NCBI RefSeq assembly: GCF_006345805.1
Contig: NC_043020.1
Coordinates: 2,046,001-2,110,000 of the forward strand
DNA length: 64,000 bases
Direction of reading: 5' to 3'
Origin: Octopus sinensis
Lineage: Eukaryota
Shown here in pieces: positions 40,163 through 53,096 of this stretch (the stretch's first letter is position 1; the number at the start of each line of letters is the position of its first letter). Under the pieces are notes generated by a model, which was given only the letters and a program-made list of their open reading frames with translations, was not told where the DNA came from and did no database searches. The translations under genes were made by a program, and so were the position numbers.

Positions 40163-40916
40163 TAAGTAGGTAGGTATGTCGGTATGTGTGCACGAGGAAA
40201 GCAGCAGTGAGATTCTTCAGGTAGAGACACACAATCTCAGACTTGAATACTATTTCAATGTACCAAACACCATTGAGTACTTTTTTTTGCTGAATTGCAT
40301 TATTCATTCACCATTATACAAAAATCCATTAGATTTGTGTGTGTGTGTGTGCTTGTATATGTGAGTGAATATAAAAATATAATATACCTCCTCTGTGTAT
40401 TTAGGTATGTAAGTATTAGCATAGTTACCATTGTATACTTATGGTGTTGTTTTTTTTTACTTGCTTTGTTTTTTGTTTTTTTTTGTGTCTTTTGCATCTT
40501 TCTACTTCTTCATTTATCCATAGAATACATATCTCGCCCAAAAACTTCGTTAATCTTTCATGCACAATACATAGATATACACACACTTAGCTACACACAC
40601 ACATATGTATGAATATGTATATTTCTTTATATATACATACATATATATACATACGTATATATACATATGTACATGTGAATGTATACGTATTAATGTATAT
40701 ATATATATATATATATATATATGTCATATGCCTATATAAAATATCTGTATGTACGTATAGGTGCATATATATAGATATATATATTAAGATATATATATAT
40801 AATTCATATATAGATACATATATAGATAGATAGATAGATAGATAGAAACACATAGAGGGTGAATGAGAGAGGGATAAAGAGCAAGGAAAGAGACAGAGAT
40901 AGAGAGGTATGTATTG

Positions 40917-40949
<33 letters not shown>

Positions 40950-41128
40950 ATATATATATATATATGTGTTGTGTGTGTATATATATATTCATACGTATAT
41001 ATATATATATATATACATATATATTCATACATATATATACATATATACATATACTACGGTAGCATTTTCGTGCACTTGTGCCTTAGTACTTGCTATGTCT
41101 ATACATTTGCACGTTTGTGTGTGTGTGT

Positions 41129-41159
<31 letters not shown>

Positions 41160-41257
41160 TGATTAATGTAAGAGAGAGAGGGAGAGAGAGGCCGTGTGTG
41201 TATGTATGCGTGTGTAGTGTTTTTATTATAGCGTCCGGAATGATATCAATCAGATAC

Positions 41258-41322
41258 GTAAAATTGATTCCATTCAAATATCTTTGTCCCTTCGTCTTTG
41301 ATATTTGTGTTCGGTTCTCCAA
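41258..41322 (-). CDS. Candidate 65-nt coding exon (xGEPNTNIKDEGTKIFEWNQFY), copy 1
   Basis: Long pyrimidine tract ending CTCTTCACAG before 41322, donor AC|GTATCT after 41258, open frame in phase 1 to 0. Protein not recognised. Confidence 0.35.
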
Positions 41323-41815
41323 CTGTGAAGAGTCACAATTAAACGGAAAAGGGAAGCAAAAAAATGGTGAAGAGAAATTTGATATTATTTTGAAGCCAGA
41401 GCGGAAATTAGAGGAGAGGGAGTGAAGGAGTGAGTAAGGGAGAGAGAGAGAGTGTGTGTGAGAGGGTGAGAGTGAGGGAGTATGTTGGTGAGTGGGTGTG
41501 TGTGTGTGTTTCTACGTGTGTGCGTGCTAGTGTGTGTTTCTGGGAGAAAGTTAGAGAGAGAGAGAGAGAGCAAGACGGAGAGGAAGAGAGATCAAGAGAG
41601 AAAAAAAGAGAGCACGAGAGTGGGCAAAAGAGAGAAAAATTAAGAGAGCGAGCAAGAGTGCGGGCAAGAGAGAGAGAGAGAGGAAGAGAGAGTTAGAGAG
41701 AGAAAGAGAGAGAGTTAGAAAGAGGGAGAGAGCAAGAGTGAGAGAGAAAGAGAGAAAGAGGGATAGAAAGTATCAGTGACTGAGAAAGAGATGATGCATT
41801 TGTGTATATTTGTGT

Positions 41816-41874
<59 letters not shown>

Positions 41875-42238
41875 AGCGAACGTGTGTCTGAGTTGTGTGT
41901 TTTCATGTAGAGAGATTGTTAGACAGACGGCAACAAAGAGAGGTAATGAACAAGAGAGACAGAGCGAGAGAGAGAGAGAAATAGAGAGCAACTAGAAGAC
42001 TAAAGGAGATACCCAGAGATAGGGGAAGTGAGGGTGGAGAGAGAGAGTGAGAGTGTGTGTGTGTGTGTATGTTCCTGTGTGTTTCGGTGCATGTGTGTTT
42101 TTGTATGTATACTATTAAGAGGTCTATGAACGTAGGGGCAAAAAGAGTGTGCGTAGTGGGTTGCATGTATATATATATATACATACACACAAACACACAC
42201 TCTCACACATACATATATACATACATACATATATATAT

Positions 42239-42281
<43 letters not shown>

Positions 42282-42493
42282 GTCATATGCCTATATAAAA
42301 TATCTGTATGTACGTATAGGGCATATATATAGATATATATATTAAGATATATATATATTTCATATATAGATACATATATAGATAGATAGATAGATAGATA
42401 GAAACACATAGAGGGTGAATGAGAGAGGATAAGAGCAAGGAAAAGAGACAGAGATAGAGAGGTATGTATTGATAAGTATATATACATATATAT

Positions 42494-42526
<33 letters not shown>

Positions 42527-42676
42527 ATATATATATTCATACGTATATATATATATATATATACATATATATTCATACATATATATACATATATACATAC
42601 ATACGGGTAGCATTTTCGTGCACTTGTGCCTTAGTACTTGCTATGTCTATACATTTGCACGTTTGTGTGTGTGTGT

Positions 42677-42707
<31 letters not shown>

Positions 42708-42806
42708 TGAGTTAATGTAAGAGAGAGAGGGAGAGAGAGGCCGTGTGTGTATGTATGCGTGTGTAGGTGTTTTATTATAGCGTCCGGAATGATATCAATC
42801 AGATAC

Positions 42807-42871
42807 GTAAAATTGATTCCATTCAAATATCTTTGTCCCTTCGTCTTTGATATTTGTGTTCGGTTCTCCAA
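42807..42871 (-). CDS. Candidate 65-nt coding exon, copy 2 (identical to copy 1)
   Basis: Same exon sequence and CTTCACAG / GTATCT boundaries in the second duplication unit. Confidence 0.3.
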
Positions 42872-43353
42872 CTGTGAAGTCCCACATTAACGGAAAAGGG
42901 AAGCAAAAAAATGGTGAAGAGAAATTTGATATTATTTTGAAGCCAGAGCGGAAATTAGAGGAGAGGGAGTGAAGGAGTGAGTAGGGAGAGAGAGAGAGTG
43001 TGTGTGAGAGGGTGAGAGTGAGGGAGTATGTTTTTGAGTGGGTGTGTGTGTGTGTTTCTACGTGTGTGCGTGCTAGTGTGTGTTTCTGGGAGAAAGTTAG
43101 AGAGAGAGAGAGAGAGCAAGACGGAGAGGAAGAGAGATCAAGGAGAAAAAGAGAGCACGAGAGTGGGCAAAAGAGAGAAAAATTAAGAGAGCGAGCAAGA
43201 TGTCGGGCAAGAGAGAGAGAGAGGAAGAGAGAGTTAGAGAGAGAAAGAGAGAGTTAGAAAAGGGAGAGAGCAAGAGTGAGAGAGAAAGAGAGAAAGAGGG
43301 ATAGAAAGTATCAGTGACTGAGAAAGAGATGATGCATTTGTGTATATTTGTGT

Positions 43354-43418
<65 letters not shown>

Positions 43419-43775
43419 AGCGAACGTGTGTCTGAGTTGTGTGTTTTCATGTAGAGAGATTGTTAGACAGACGGCAACAAAGAGAGGTAATGAACAAGAG
43501 AGACAGAGCGAGAGAGAGAGAGAAATAGAGAGCAACTAGAAGACTAAAGGAGATACCCAGAGATAGGGGAGTGAGGGTGGAGAGAGGAGAGTGGAGTGTG
43601 TTGTGTGTGTGTATGTTCCTGTGTGTTTCGGTGCATTTGTGTTTTTGTATGTATACTATTAAGAGGTCTATGAACGTAGGGGCAAAAGAGTGTGCGTAGT
43701 GGGTTGCATGTATATATATATATACATACACACAACACACACTCTCACACATACATATATACATACATACATATA

Positions 43776-43832
<57 letters not shown>

Positions 43833-44419
43833 GACATATATATATATATATATATGATGGGTGTGCGTATGTATTTATGTACGATAATTGGAAGATGAAG
43901 AAAGAGGGGATATTAGAGAGAGAGAGGGAGAGAGGGGGAGCGAGAGAGAGAAGAGATATGTTGATGTGATAAAGTGATAAACAAAGTGAGAGAGGGAGAG
44001 AGAGAGAGAGAGAGAGATAAAAAAGAGTGAGAATTAAATAGGGTTAACGAGCGACAGACGTGTGTTGTATGTAAATTTGATGAAAGCTTCATCTTGCTCC
44101 AAGTTGTATAAAAGCTATGTTAATCTGCTCCAGGTTGTAAGGTCTCAGTCGATCTATTGTCCGCCATTTTGTCAACCTGAAAGTCTTTCTAACAATTGGC
44201 CCCAAGGTTTCCATTGTCTATCTCTGACGAAGGGGCGATTCCTATTCATTGAGATTTTTGTTAAGTCCACCACTCGATACATCATCATCCATCCTATACA
44301 TTGCTTGGTATTGTTAGTCTTTTTTATTTTTTTTACTTCGTCTATTGTTGGTTTATTTACTGAATGTTTTTACATCGGGAACGAATACAAAAAGTAGGTA
44401 AACTGTCCTCACGGGTCAG

Positions 44420-45450
44420 CAACACGATGACCACTATCACCACCACAACTACAACCACAACCACGACCACAACCGCCACAATCGTCATCGTCACAATCGT
44501 CACTACCACTAAACCACAACCACCACCATAATAGCCATCATCACCACAACCAGGAGTACTACCACCACCACCATTTCAACCATACCATCACCACCACAAC
44601 TACAACCACAACTACAAGCCCACAATCACTACTACCACTAAACCACAACCACCACCATAATCACCACCACCACAACCGGTACCACCACCATCAACACCAT
44701 CATCACCGCAAACAGGAGTACCGCCACCGCCACCATTTCAACCACCACCACCACTTCAACCACCATCACCACCAACATCTCATCTGCTGGCAGCACCATA
44801 TCCAGCACTACAGCCAATACAGTCACTACAACCTCGACCAGTACCTCAACTATCTCCACTGCAAACAACACTACAACCACAGCCACCACTACCGCCAACA
44901 CTGATAACCACCACCACTACAACAAATATTACTGCAACGACTACTATCACAACGACCGTCACCACCAACATCTTCAACACTACAACAACAACCACCACTA
45001 CCACAACAACCACCACCACCACAACAGCCACCACTACCACAACCATCACTCTACTATCATCACCGCACAACCCAAAACCAACATCACTACCACAGCCACC
45101 ACTGACACAGTCACCACCATCACAACCCTAAAACCACCCCCGCCTCTATTACCACACCTCCAACACCACAGCCACCACCACAACAACCACCACTGCTACC
45201 GCCACTACGGTCTTCATCACTAACAGGGTCACCACCACCACAACCACTTTCGCCACTACCACTATCACAACTACCACAACCACTACCACCACCACCACCT
45301 TCACCAAATCACAACCACTACCATAACCACCATCACCACTACCACTACCACCACCATCCCCACCACCATGACCACAACCACTACACCACCACCACCACCA
45401 CCACCACCACCACCACCACCATGACCACTATCACCACCACAACCACCACG
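44420..45450. repeat. About 1-kb degenerate (ACC/ACT/ACA)n trinucleotide region
   Basis: Direct inspection; internal duplication at about 44500 and 44630; frame not maintained. Confidence 0.9.
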
Positions 45451-45920
45451 GTTTGTATAATTATCTGACATTACGGAGATAGAGAGAGGTTTTAAGATTC
45501 GAAGATTATGGGCTTAAATTCATTTGAATAGTTTGCGTCCAAACAATATTATCCAAGTGGTTGATGAGCATTTAAAGAGAACCCAGCTAGAACTATACCT
45601 TACGTGGTGTGACACGTAAGAACCATTTTGTACCAAGTTCGATTCTTAGTCAACGCAATTTTATTTCACACTCAGTAACGGTTCCACTTCTCACCGTCGA
45701 GCCTCGATGGAGTCGTCGAACAGTTTCTTTCAGAAAGAGCAGCTAAACTTACCCTAAATAACAGCATATAGGCGCAGGCGTGGGTATGTGGTAAGAAGCT
45801 TGCTTTTCAACCACATTTGATACTTCTATTTTTGAAAACTAATGGATGTATTCCACTGAATATAGGTAAATAAACCTTCGAACGGACGGTCTGCAGCGAC
45901 GCCTGCTGGGTTCGGCTACT

Positions 45921-45961
45921 CCACATTGATAAGGATCAGATATCCCGAAACTAGTCTGTGG
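45921..45961 (+). ncRNA. Degenerate hammerhead-like motif inside a long hairpin
   Basis: CCACA-TTGATAA-GGAT-CAGAT-ATCC-C-GAAAC-TA-GTC-TGTGG. Stems I, II and III pair and the GUC triplet is present, but the core has two substitutions relative to CUGAUGA. Confidence 0.4.
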
Positions 45962-46143
45962 GTATTGAATCAGCAAGGGGAAGCTGCTGACCTCCCCTGT
46001 TCGAAGGTTATAATGGACATAATTTCGTGTGTCACATAGCTGGCTAGAGGCTAATCAACGGCAGCATTCGTTCTATTTATCTGGACTGCAATGTTAGCTT
46101 GGCGATAAGTATTAATATATACATATATATATATATATATATA

Positions 46144-46533
46144 TCTTTATATATAAAAGTGAGGTTGTGTGCTGCCTGTCTCCTACGATTTAGATTCCTA
46201 ACTACTCCCACATTTTGCGGTGCAGTTTAACCAAAACCGGGTATCTTATAGTCGTGATTCATATTGAGCCCTTCTGGGTATTAGCGCGCGTCTACGATGA
46301 GTCTACGATTTTAAAAAAATTTACCATCAATTTTTCCCATTTTTAATGCATTTTTGGCATATATAAGGGAAGTAACTCTCTAAAAATTTATTAAATCTCA
46401 GAACGTAAAAAGCTACAGTAACACCCCCCTTTGTGGTTAGCCATATTGAGATGGCTATTATACTTTACATCTCTAAAAATGCTTATATAGTTATTTCCCT
46501 TACAAACCGAGCAACGCCGGGCGATACTGCTAG
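46144..46533 (+). mobile_element. Non-autonomous Helitron, 390 bp
   Basis: 5' TC after A (TCTTTATATATAAAAG), 3' hairpin CCGAGCAACGCCGG then CTAG followed by T; no TSD. Confidence 0.85.
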
Positions 46534-47414
46534 TATATATATAAATTAGAAATGGAAACAAAATAATAAAATCTAATCATTAGATAATTTAATCATTAAT
46601 TGATAAATTCAATTCGGTTTCATTATTTCTCTTCAAACAAATGGCAAAACAAGTTACGGCTGTTTCCACATCATTAAATAACAGTTTTTGTTTGTTTTTT
46701 TACCAAAAATAAAGAATATCGTTTTAAAATCTAATGCGCTTTCATCAGACGGATATATCTTGTTAATTATTTTTTCGAAAATAACAGGTAAACGTTTTAT
46801 TAGATTTCGTTTTCGCTTTGTTTCATATGTATATATATATATATATTTGTATGTGTGGGGATGTCTGCGTATATATAAATATTTATATATGAATATGAAT
46901 ATGTAACAAAATCGGTTCTAGAACTAGTAACTAATAGTTTTCAATTTAAGAATTTACGAAATTTCAGTTAGTATATTTATTTATTCTTAACCTCGCTCTT
47001 AAAAATTATGAAAATATCTATATTTTCGCAAAATATTTAGTAAGATATGTCCGTCTAATTGAAACCTCCTTAGATTTCAAACTTCATTGTTAATTTATGA
47101 AAAAACTCTGTCATTTTGATGATGTGGAAACAGGTGTAACTAAATTTATAATTTGTTTATATAAAAATAATAACAGTGAATTGAATTTATCAATTAATGA
47201 TTAAACGATTTATTAAATATTATTATTTTCTTTCCATTTCTAATCTTTATTATTTTCATAAATTTATTGTTTATTCTTTACCTATCTGTTATGAGCGACA
47301 GTTCATAGCAAGGTTATTTATATAGGTAAATAACCAGTGAGTTCTTTGGATATACAACATCCCTAGGTGGTTATTTAACACCTAACTGAATTATTATCTT
47401 TTATATATAAATAT

Positions 47415-47640
47415 AGGAAAAGGATCCCATCAACTTTAAACGGAGTCTGGATAGATTCCTTCAAGGAATACCAGATAAGGTATCCCATCAACTTTAATAC
47501 CAGATAAGCCACCCATAACTGGATTCAACTCACCCAACAAAAACTCACTACTTGAATGGACCATAAACAAAACTTGACTTAAACAGGATTTAGATAATCC
47601 TATCAGGTGGTGCTATTAAGTTAGACATGGCCTGGACCAA
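47415..47640 (+). mobile_element. 3' end of a second CR1/L2-group LINE
   Basis: KDPINFKRSLDRFLQGIPDK..PPITGFNSPNKNSLLEWT, then a 3' UTR with stem-loop GACCAA-TCT-TTGGTC-GAAAC. Confidence 0.7.
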
Positions 47641-47704
47641 TCTTTGGTCGAAACATATCTAAGTTTTTTATATATATATATATATATATACTCACAAACA
47701 CACG

Positions 47705-47744
<40 letters not shown>

Positions 47745-47757
<13 letters not shown>

Positions 47758-47900
47758 TTACAATGGCTTCCATTCAGTCTCCTTCTCTCGAGTTATTCAT
47801 TCCAGGGCTTTGGTAAAAGTCACTTACCCAAGGTACCACGCAGTAGAACTGAACCATCAACCACGTACTTACCAGGAGAGCTCCCCGACCACACAATCAT
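47745..47900 (-). mobile_element. SINE family B, 5' portion
   Basis: CACTTACCCAAGGTACCACGCAGTAGAACTGAACC matches the reversed head/core. Confidence 0.65.
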
Positions 47901-48044
47901 ACTACAATGAAATTTTCTGGAAGGCCATGGCTGGACAAACAATCGAATGTAGAAAGAGTCATCATCATCAAGATCTCTTGACTTTGGGGTTCTACTCTCG
48001 ACGCTTTCAAATCAACCGTTGCCATTGGTCATTCGTCTCCCCTA

Positions 48045-48186
48045 CTACTATTGCTGCTGCTGCTGCTGCTGTTGCTTCTGCTGGTGTTGCTACTAATTCT
48101 GCAACTACTGTTACTGCAACTACTGCCACTACTGCTACTACTACCACTTCAACGACTACTGTTGCTACTACTGTTGACAATGATGT

Positions 48187-48220
<34 letters not shown>

Positions 48221-48235
48221 ATAGTAGTTATTGTT
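48045..48235. repeat. (GCT)/(ACT)/(AGT) trinucleotide region
   Basis: Direct inspection. Confidence 0.85.
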
Positions 48236-48425
48236 GTCCTTGTGTTTATCTCGCCTACCGCCATTATTTGACAACCGGTGTTGGTTTGTTTACGTCCCCG
48301 TCATTTAGCGGGTCGGCAAAAAAGAAAAAAAAGATTAATCGAATAATTACCAGTTTGTTCAACTGAAACCTTCCAAGGTGGTTCCCAATCATGGTCGCAG
48401 TCCAATGATTGAAACAAGCAAAAGG
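48235..48425 (+). mobile_element. SINE family B, 3' portion
   Basis: TTGACAACCGGTGTTGG...GCATGG-like tail CATGGTCGCAGTCCAATGATTGAAAC. Confidence 0.65.
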
Positions 48426-48744
48426 TGAAATTCGATACGTCGTGGTGGTGGTGGTGGTGGTGGTGGTGGCGCCGGTGGTGTAAATGGGGACGGAGGACTT
48501 GAAGAGAGATTTGGTTGTTCGTTCCATTATGGTAGGCAGATGGCCAATTGTAATATAAACGAGAGTTTAATTAACTTTCAGATCTCAAATGAATTATATG
48601 CAAATGAGATTTTGGACAAAAAAATTTTTATTTTATTTAAATTTTTTTTATTGATATATTTTATATTATTTATTTTATTTATTTTGTGAAAATAGTAAAT
48701 TTAATCGAGAAAACAGACCAAGTAATTTTAGAGGGACAAGACGA

Positions 48745-48887
48745 CGTTGACGGCAACAACAACAACAACTTTAGCAACTACAGGAACAATAGCAATAACA
48801 ACAACAACAACAGCAGCAGCAGCAACCACAGTATCGGCAACAGCAACAGCAAAAATGTGTAACTATTTCAACACCAACAATATCAAT

Positions 48888-48921
<34 letters not shown>

Positions 48922-49140
48922 GAAACAGCAGCAATGATTTTAACAATAACAACGAGAACAATAACAAAAACAACAGAAACAGTAGCAGCGGTAGCAGCAG
49001 CAGCAGCAGCGAAAGCAAAAACAACACTAACAACAGCAGTAACGATAATGATACCAATAACAATAATCAGGACAAAAAGCAGCAAACAAAAAATACGAAA
49101 AAGATGACTGTAAAAACAACAACAACAACCATAGTAATGG
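48745..49140. repeat. (AAC)/(CAG)/(AAT) trinucleotide region
   Basis: Direct inspection. Confidence 0.9.
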
Positions 49141-49224
49141 TGTGACCAACACCAACGGTTTCGAATCCAACCAGTGGAGACAGAGTGATTTTTTAGGACA
49201 TTTTAAAATAATTGCAATATTAAT

Positions 49225-49835
49225 TTTTCTACGATTGGTGCAAGGGTTGAAATTCTGGAGGAAAGTCTGGTCGATTACATCGACCCCATTGTTTAACTGG
49301 TACTCATTTCAGTGACTCTGAAAAATGAAAGATAAAGTTTACCTCGGTGGAATTTGAACTAAGAACTTATAGATCAGGAAATAATATCGCCACATATTTT
49401 GTCCGTCGTGTTAGCGATTCCTATCTCTTTATTGCTCACAAGAGGCTAAACATAGAGAGGACAAACAAGGACAGACAAACGGATTAAGTCGATTATATCA
49501 ACCCCAGTGCGTAACTGGTACTTAATTTATGGACCCCGAAAGGATGAAAGCAAAGTCGACCTCGGCGGAATTTGAACTCAGAACGTAACGGCAGACGAAA
49601 TACCTATTTCTTTACTACCCACAAGGGACTAAACACAGAGAGGTCTAACAAAGACAGACAAATGTATTAAGTCGATTATATCGACCCCAGTGTGTAACTG
49701 GTACTTATTTAATCGATCCCTGAAGGATGAAAGGCAAAGTCGACCTCGGCGGAATTTGAACTCAGAACGTAACGGCAGACGAAATACTGCTAAGCATTTC
49801 TCCCGGCCTGCTAACGTTTCTGCCAGCTCACCGCT
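49225..49835 (-). mobile_element. Three tandem SINE family A copies
   Basis: Reverse family A bodies at about 49225-49420, 49430-49600 and 49605-49835. Confidence 0.85.
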
Positions 49836-50171
49836 TTAAGAATAGCAATGATAATCGTCTCACAACACTGTGATTCTCTGGGAGAAACTTGTAGACGGTC
49901 AGTCGCCGATTTAGACTTCAGGAATTTAACGCAGTTGTTTGTTTTTGTTTTTTTTTTACGAGGAAAATACTCAGACAAGCTATCCGCAAGAAAAAACAAT
50001 ACTTTAGTACCAGTAATTTAACGTTACTCTTTCCATGTAGAGTGCATCTAGGAGTAAATTCCTACAGAAGTGTATATTTTCTATGTGTTAATTTCTCGCA
50101 ACTATTCGTATGCAATGTTCTACACCAGCTTAGTGAATCCCTCATCACAACTTCGTCAAATACGTTGAAAC

Positions 50172-50219
<48 letters not shown>

Positions 50220-50424
50220 TTTATTATTTCTAAATCTCTCAACGGGAGATATACAGTAACAATATTTTAAAATGAATATTTTTTGCCAACTTAAAGTAAC
50301 TTTCCTTCCAACCGGGACTGCCACATTAAGTTGACAAATAATATTCACCATATATATATATATTTATATATATTTAAGGCACGTGATAAATTTTTTTTTT
50401 GAAAAATTTTATTAGAAGTGTATG

Positions 50425-50580
50425 TGTGTGTGTGTGTGTATGAGCATGACAGGCTTCTTTCAGTTTCCATCATCCAAATCCTCTCACAACGCTTTGGTGA
50501 TTCGCGTCTACAGTTACCAGGCAGTGGGTTTGAAACCGGAACCATCTTGTTGAGAAGCAAATTTCTCACCATACAGCCAA
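50425..50580 (-). mobile_element. SINE family B, diverged 5' half
   Basis: GGCTTCTTTCAGTTTCC...GAAACCGGAACC...ACCATACAGCC. Confidence 0.6.
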
Positions 50581-51057
50581 GCTTGTGATACTAGAATTAT
50601 AGTTTATGGAAATATGGGACAACATGATGATTTGTAATTTTATCGATAATGGATATGTGTTGGTGGTGAGGGTCAGCTGTTGGGTGATTTATATTCCAAC
50701 AATTTGATGACAGGGTTGATAACCTGTATTACAGTGGCCAAGATTAGTGAGAGGAAGAATGGAGAAACCACGATCTGTGAAGTACAGCCGACCCGTAGCA
50801 TTAGTCTACAGTTGCTGTCTACAGAATTTCACATGCATTTCTCTTTACTGAATACATTATACAATCTAGCCTATTGTGAAAGAGCAGATAGTCACGCCTG
50901 GGATATCTTTCTTCGTGCATTTGCTAATTCAGGCCTAATTTAGAACTGAACAACAAAATCAATAACGCTAGACAACATATGTTTGGTTGTCAGATAAATT
51001 CTTTCGTTGCTGGAGGTGGGTGTTTCTCATTACTTTTTACTCTATACGCCCTATATA

Positions 51058-51269
51058 TAAAGGGCTGCAGTAAAGTTCCTGGCTTTGGGTAAAAGAAAAT
51101 AAAGAAGGATCAGTTAATTATGTTTTTATTCAACGTATCCCCACACAGGTTCAGACACTTAGTGCAGCAGTCCTTCAATATTTCAATATTTCTAAGAACT
51201 CGGAAGTTTGGGACTCCAGCCATGCCTTTCTCAGTATCCTTAAAGTCAGGAACTTTTCAGCGCCCTCTA
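51058..51269. mobile_element. mariner-type MITE
   Basis: AAAGGGCTGCAGTAAAGTTCCTGGCTTT versus inverted AAAGTCAGGAACTTTTCAGCGCCCTC, TA-flanked. Confidence 0.6.
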
Positions 51270-51306
51270 TACTTAGTCTTCACCTCAACCCTATTCTTAT
51301 TTTAAT

Positions 51307-51540
51307 GGCGGCGAGCTGGCAGAAACGTTAGCACGCCGGAAGAAATGCTTAGCGGTATTTCGTCTGCCGCTACGTTCTCAGTTCAAATTCCGCCGAGGTC
51401 GACATCGCCTTTCATCCTTTCGGGGTCGATTAAATAAGTACCAGTCACGAACTGGGGTCGATATAATCGATTTAATCCGTTTGTCTGTCCTTGTTTGTCC
51501 CCTCTTTGTTTAGCCCCTTGTGGGTAGTAAAGAAATAAAT
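51307..51540 (+). mobile_element. SINE family A, full length
   Basis: GGCGGCGAGCTGGCAGAAACG to CCCCTTGTGGGTAGTAAAGAAATA. Confidence 0.88.
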
Positions 51541-51679
51541 AAGTATTCTTATTTTAGTGTCCTTTGTCTGAAATCTTTCGTCACACATCCTGTGACCTTT
51601 TCAACGACTCTCCATTCCACGTGTCTCTTCCTGTTCTGTTTAGTTCATTCTGTCTTTTTTTTACCAACAACTTTTATCT

Positions 51680-51810
51680 CCGTCGGTTACGACGACAAGT
51701 GTTGGTCTGATCAACATAACAGCCTGCTCGTGAAATTAACGTTCAAGTGGCTGAGTACTCCACAGACACTTTTACCCTTAACGTAGTTCTCAGGGAGATT
51801 CAGCATGACG
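51680..51810 (-). mobile_element. SINE family C tail 1 fragment
   Basis: CTCCGTCGGTTACGACGAC...CAGCCTGCTCGTGAAATTAAC is the reverse of 4090-4170. Confidence 0.7.
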
Positions 51811-51879
51811 CGGTACGTTATAGGGTTGGTCCTTCGACGTGTGGCTGAGGATTTTCGTGTTGAAGAAGTACGTCGTGTC

Positions 51880-52330
51880 GCCGGTCGAATCGTTTCAGCT
51901 GGCTTGTCCGTCGAGTGACAGGTATGACCAACAGTATCATGAAAGCATCTCACATGCTGGAACCAATTCCTTCATAGATTTGGTGTGGGTATTCCTGTAT
52001 GAGCTGCTTCAATCGGTCCACATTGAACAGAAAACAGGTCTGCCAGAACACGGGGAGTCCGTGAGATCGAATCTCCCTTCCTTGAAGCAGATAAACGACT
52101 TCTTTGCTAGTCTTCCATCAAATTCGCCTTCTCAGTACAAAGAAGAAATATCTCATGCGATTTTCGCAGCTTTGGAACGTTGATTGAAAGCGAATAAAAG
52201 CAGGTGTCGAAAACACTCTTTTATTCTTTCTACTTGGTACTCATGGAAAGAGGTAAAATTCAATTTTCAAAAACGATGAACAAAAGTTGTTGAGGAGAAA
52301 TAAAGTTACGAACCTTCTGAAACACAAACA
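51880..52330 (-). mobile_element. mariner 5' remnant
   Basis: FKEGRFDLTDSPCSGRPV...RLKQLIQEYPHQ (F..G.F.L.D.PRSGRP motif), frameshifted. Confidence 0.7.
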
Positions 52331-52686
52331 TGAAAATATTTTTTGTGTAACTTCAAATAACATTGGAAAGAAACGAATAGATTCAACTGAGGATTCCATA
52401 TAAAAGTATGATTATACGACGCTTTTTACTCCATTAAGGATTGTATGTTTACACACGAAACATCGAGGTGTTAAATTTCGGTATCTCATAGACTTCAATA
52501 TGTTACAGAGTGGGAATATAAATTATGGCATTCCTTGGTTATTTAGGTTTTCATCTCTACAGAAATTTTAAGTAGCTCTATCTCAAGACATTGAGTACCG
52601 AAACTATGACGTTTTTATATCAGTATAAAACAGCATCCTCCCGTATATTGCCAGATTTAAGATTAAACGTATATTATATACAGAAG

Positions 52687-52724
<38 letters not shown>

Positions 52725-52964
52725 AGAACACAGAGAGAGATAAATAAAAACAGAAAATGATTCATACATATGTATATACCTACATGCAAAAGTGCACTTA
52801 TACATATATACATATACATGTGTATATCTATATATTTACATATATATATTTATGTATATGTATATATATATACATATATGTATGTATATATACATATATA
52901 TGCATATATATGCATATATATAAATATATACATATATATATACATATATTTATATACACACATG

Positions 52965-53096
<132 letters not shown>

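Larger units (their letters stand above)
40721..43790. repeat. Tandem duplication, unit about 1559 bp (2 copies)
   Basis: ATGTCATATGCCTATATAAAATATCTG starts at 40721 and 42280; all unique blocks recur in order. Confidence 0.92.

Noticed and set aside
44062-44397. 111-aa plus-strand ORF
   Set aside because: No recognisable motif; the opposite strand has weak LINE-like wording with stops. Unresolved, not called.
45735-45765. TTATTTAG-G-GTAAGT on minus as a recursive splice site
   Set aside because: AG and GT are not juxtaposed (extra G), so it does not fit the AG|GT pattern.
47600-47635. Stem-loop + GAAAC as a hammerhead
   Set aside because: It lacks CUGANGA and is better explained as the LINE 3' stem-loop.
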